Shown: one piece after another, positions 63,343-64,000 of the stretch
How the letters are laid out: each line of letters opens with the position of its first letter
Numbering within the stretch: the stretch's first letter is position 1
DNA from: Candidatus Daviesbacteria bacterium
GTDB taxonomy: Bacteria; Patescibacteriota; Microgenomatia; Daviesbacterales; UBA10151
DNA length: 64,000 bases
Assembly (NCBI GenBank): GCA_016184225.1
Contig: JACPDA010000004.1
Location: forward strand, 343,927 to 407,926
Reading direction: 5' to 3'
Translations under genes and position numbers: made by a program
The notes under the pieces: model-generated
The model's input: the letters and a program-made list of their open reading frames with translations, nothing else
Databases searched by the model: none
Told to the model about the DNA's origin: nothing

Positions 63343-64000
63343 TTAACAGAAAAACTTTTATCTTAGTCCTGATTATTTTAGCAGGAGCGCTCTTTAGATT
63401 TTTCAGGTTAGGTGAATACCCTATTCAGTTAAACCACGATGAAATTAGTCAACTATACGATATTAGGTCTATCTTAGAAACAAAAAAAGATATATATGGG
63501 AATTTCTTGCCTTTGGCTTTTCCATCCACTGGGGATTATAAGGTAGGACATTATATTTATATAAGTACTATTCCGTATCTTATTTTCGGAAACCAAGAAG
63601 CGACAATTAGAATTCCTGCTGCTTTTTTTGGAACATTAACAATATTAGCAGTTTTCTTATTCGTTAAGATATTAACTAAGAATTGGTTACTGGCAATCCT
63701 TTCTGCCACAGTAACAGTATTTACTCCTTCGGAAATATTCTATTCCAGAAAAAGTTTTGAAAATGTAATAGGTTCCAGCTTAGATCTTTTTGGGCTATTT
63801 TTCCTCCTGAAACACTTGAAGGAAGGGGCTGGTAGAGGATGGGCAATTTTAGGGGTTTTTGTGTTGGTTATAGCCATGTATATCTATACGTCACAAACTA
63901 TATTAATACCGCTTCTGATGCTTTTGCTCATTATCCTATTTAGGAAAAAAATACTTGAACAAAGAAAAGATTTTTTGTTGATTTTTGTATTATGGATTAT
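63330..64000 (+). CDS. GT-C glycosyltransferase, PMT_2/ArnT-like (partial, continues beyond the window)
   Basis: MHTLINRKTFILVLIILAGALFRFFRLGEYPIQLNHDEISQLYDIRSILETKKDIYGNFLPLAFPS has the same first-loop motif as the two upstream paralogs. There is no stop before the window end. Confidence 0.6.
   Translation, partial: MHTLINRKTFILVLIILAGALFRFFRLGEYPIQLNHDEISQLYDIRSILETKKDIYGNFLPLAFPSTGDYKVGHYIYISTIPYLIFGNQEATIRIPAAFFGTLTILAVFLFVKILTKNWLLAILSATVTVFTPSEIFYSRKSFENVIGSSLDLFGLFFLLKHLKEGAGRGWAILGVFVLVIAMYIYTSQTILIPLLMLLLIILFRKKILEQRKDFLLIFVLWI

Noticed and set aside
1-64000. CRISPR arrays, rRNA genes and prophage blocks
   Set aside because: No array of regularly spaced direct repeats, no rRNA-like conserved stretches, and no integrase, terminase or capsid genes were seen.

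Overview
This window is AT-rich bacterial DNA (roughly 60% A+T by eye) and is densely packed with genes. The first ~27 kb carries housekeeping genes: a partial sensor kinase, tRNA-Glu(CUC) with an attached GIY-YIG gene, greA, lysS, an HD hydrolase, serS, secA, an Nnr-like dehydratase, a CofE-like ligase, a GalE-like epimerase, tsaE, a short tsaB, ftsE-ftsX followed by a coiled-coil M23 peptidase, and prfB. Interspersed are envelope and surface proteins: a Pro-rich membrane protein, an LTD protein and three GT-C membrane paralogs. From ~27 kb to the window end there is a single ~37 kb cell-envelope glycosylation super-locus. It encodes a CAP-domain protein, rmlA-like/rmlB/rmlC, gmd, five GT2, one GT4, a Wzx-like flippase and about 14 further GT-C-fold integral membrane paralogs in several families, some as unusual fusions. 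It is interrupted by one IS200/RAYT-like Y1 transposase element. Gene content and style point to a Candidate Phyla Radiation / Patescibacteria (Microgenomates-like) genome, by inference only. The relevant traits are minimal TsaE/TsaB, a GIY-YIG gene fused to a tRNA, many ATGA-coupled genes, -10 boxes placed directly before start codons, and LTD and Pro/Thr-rich surface proteins. No CRISPR array, rRNA, prophage or reverse transcriptase was seen. The most unusual items are the massive GT-C paralog expansion with donor-synthase/transferase fusions, an apparently circularly permuted M23 peptidase next to ftsEX, and the tRNA-Glu / GIY-YIG / tRNA-fragment arrangement.
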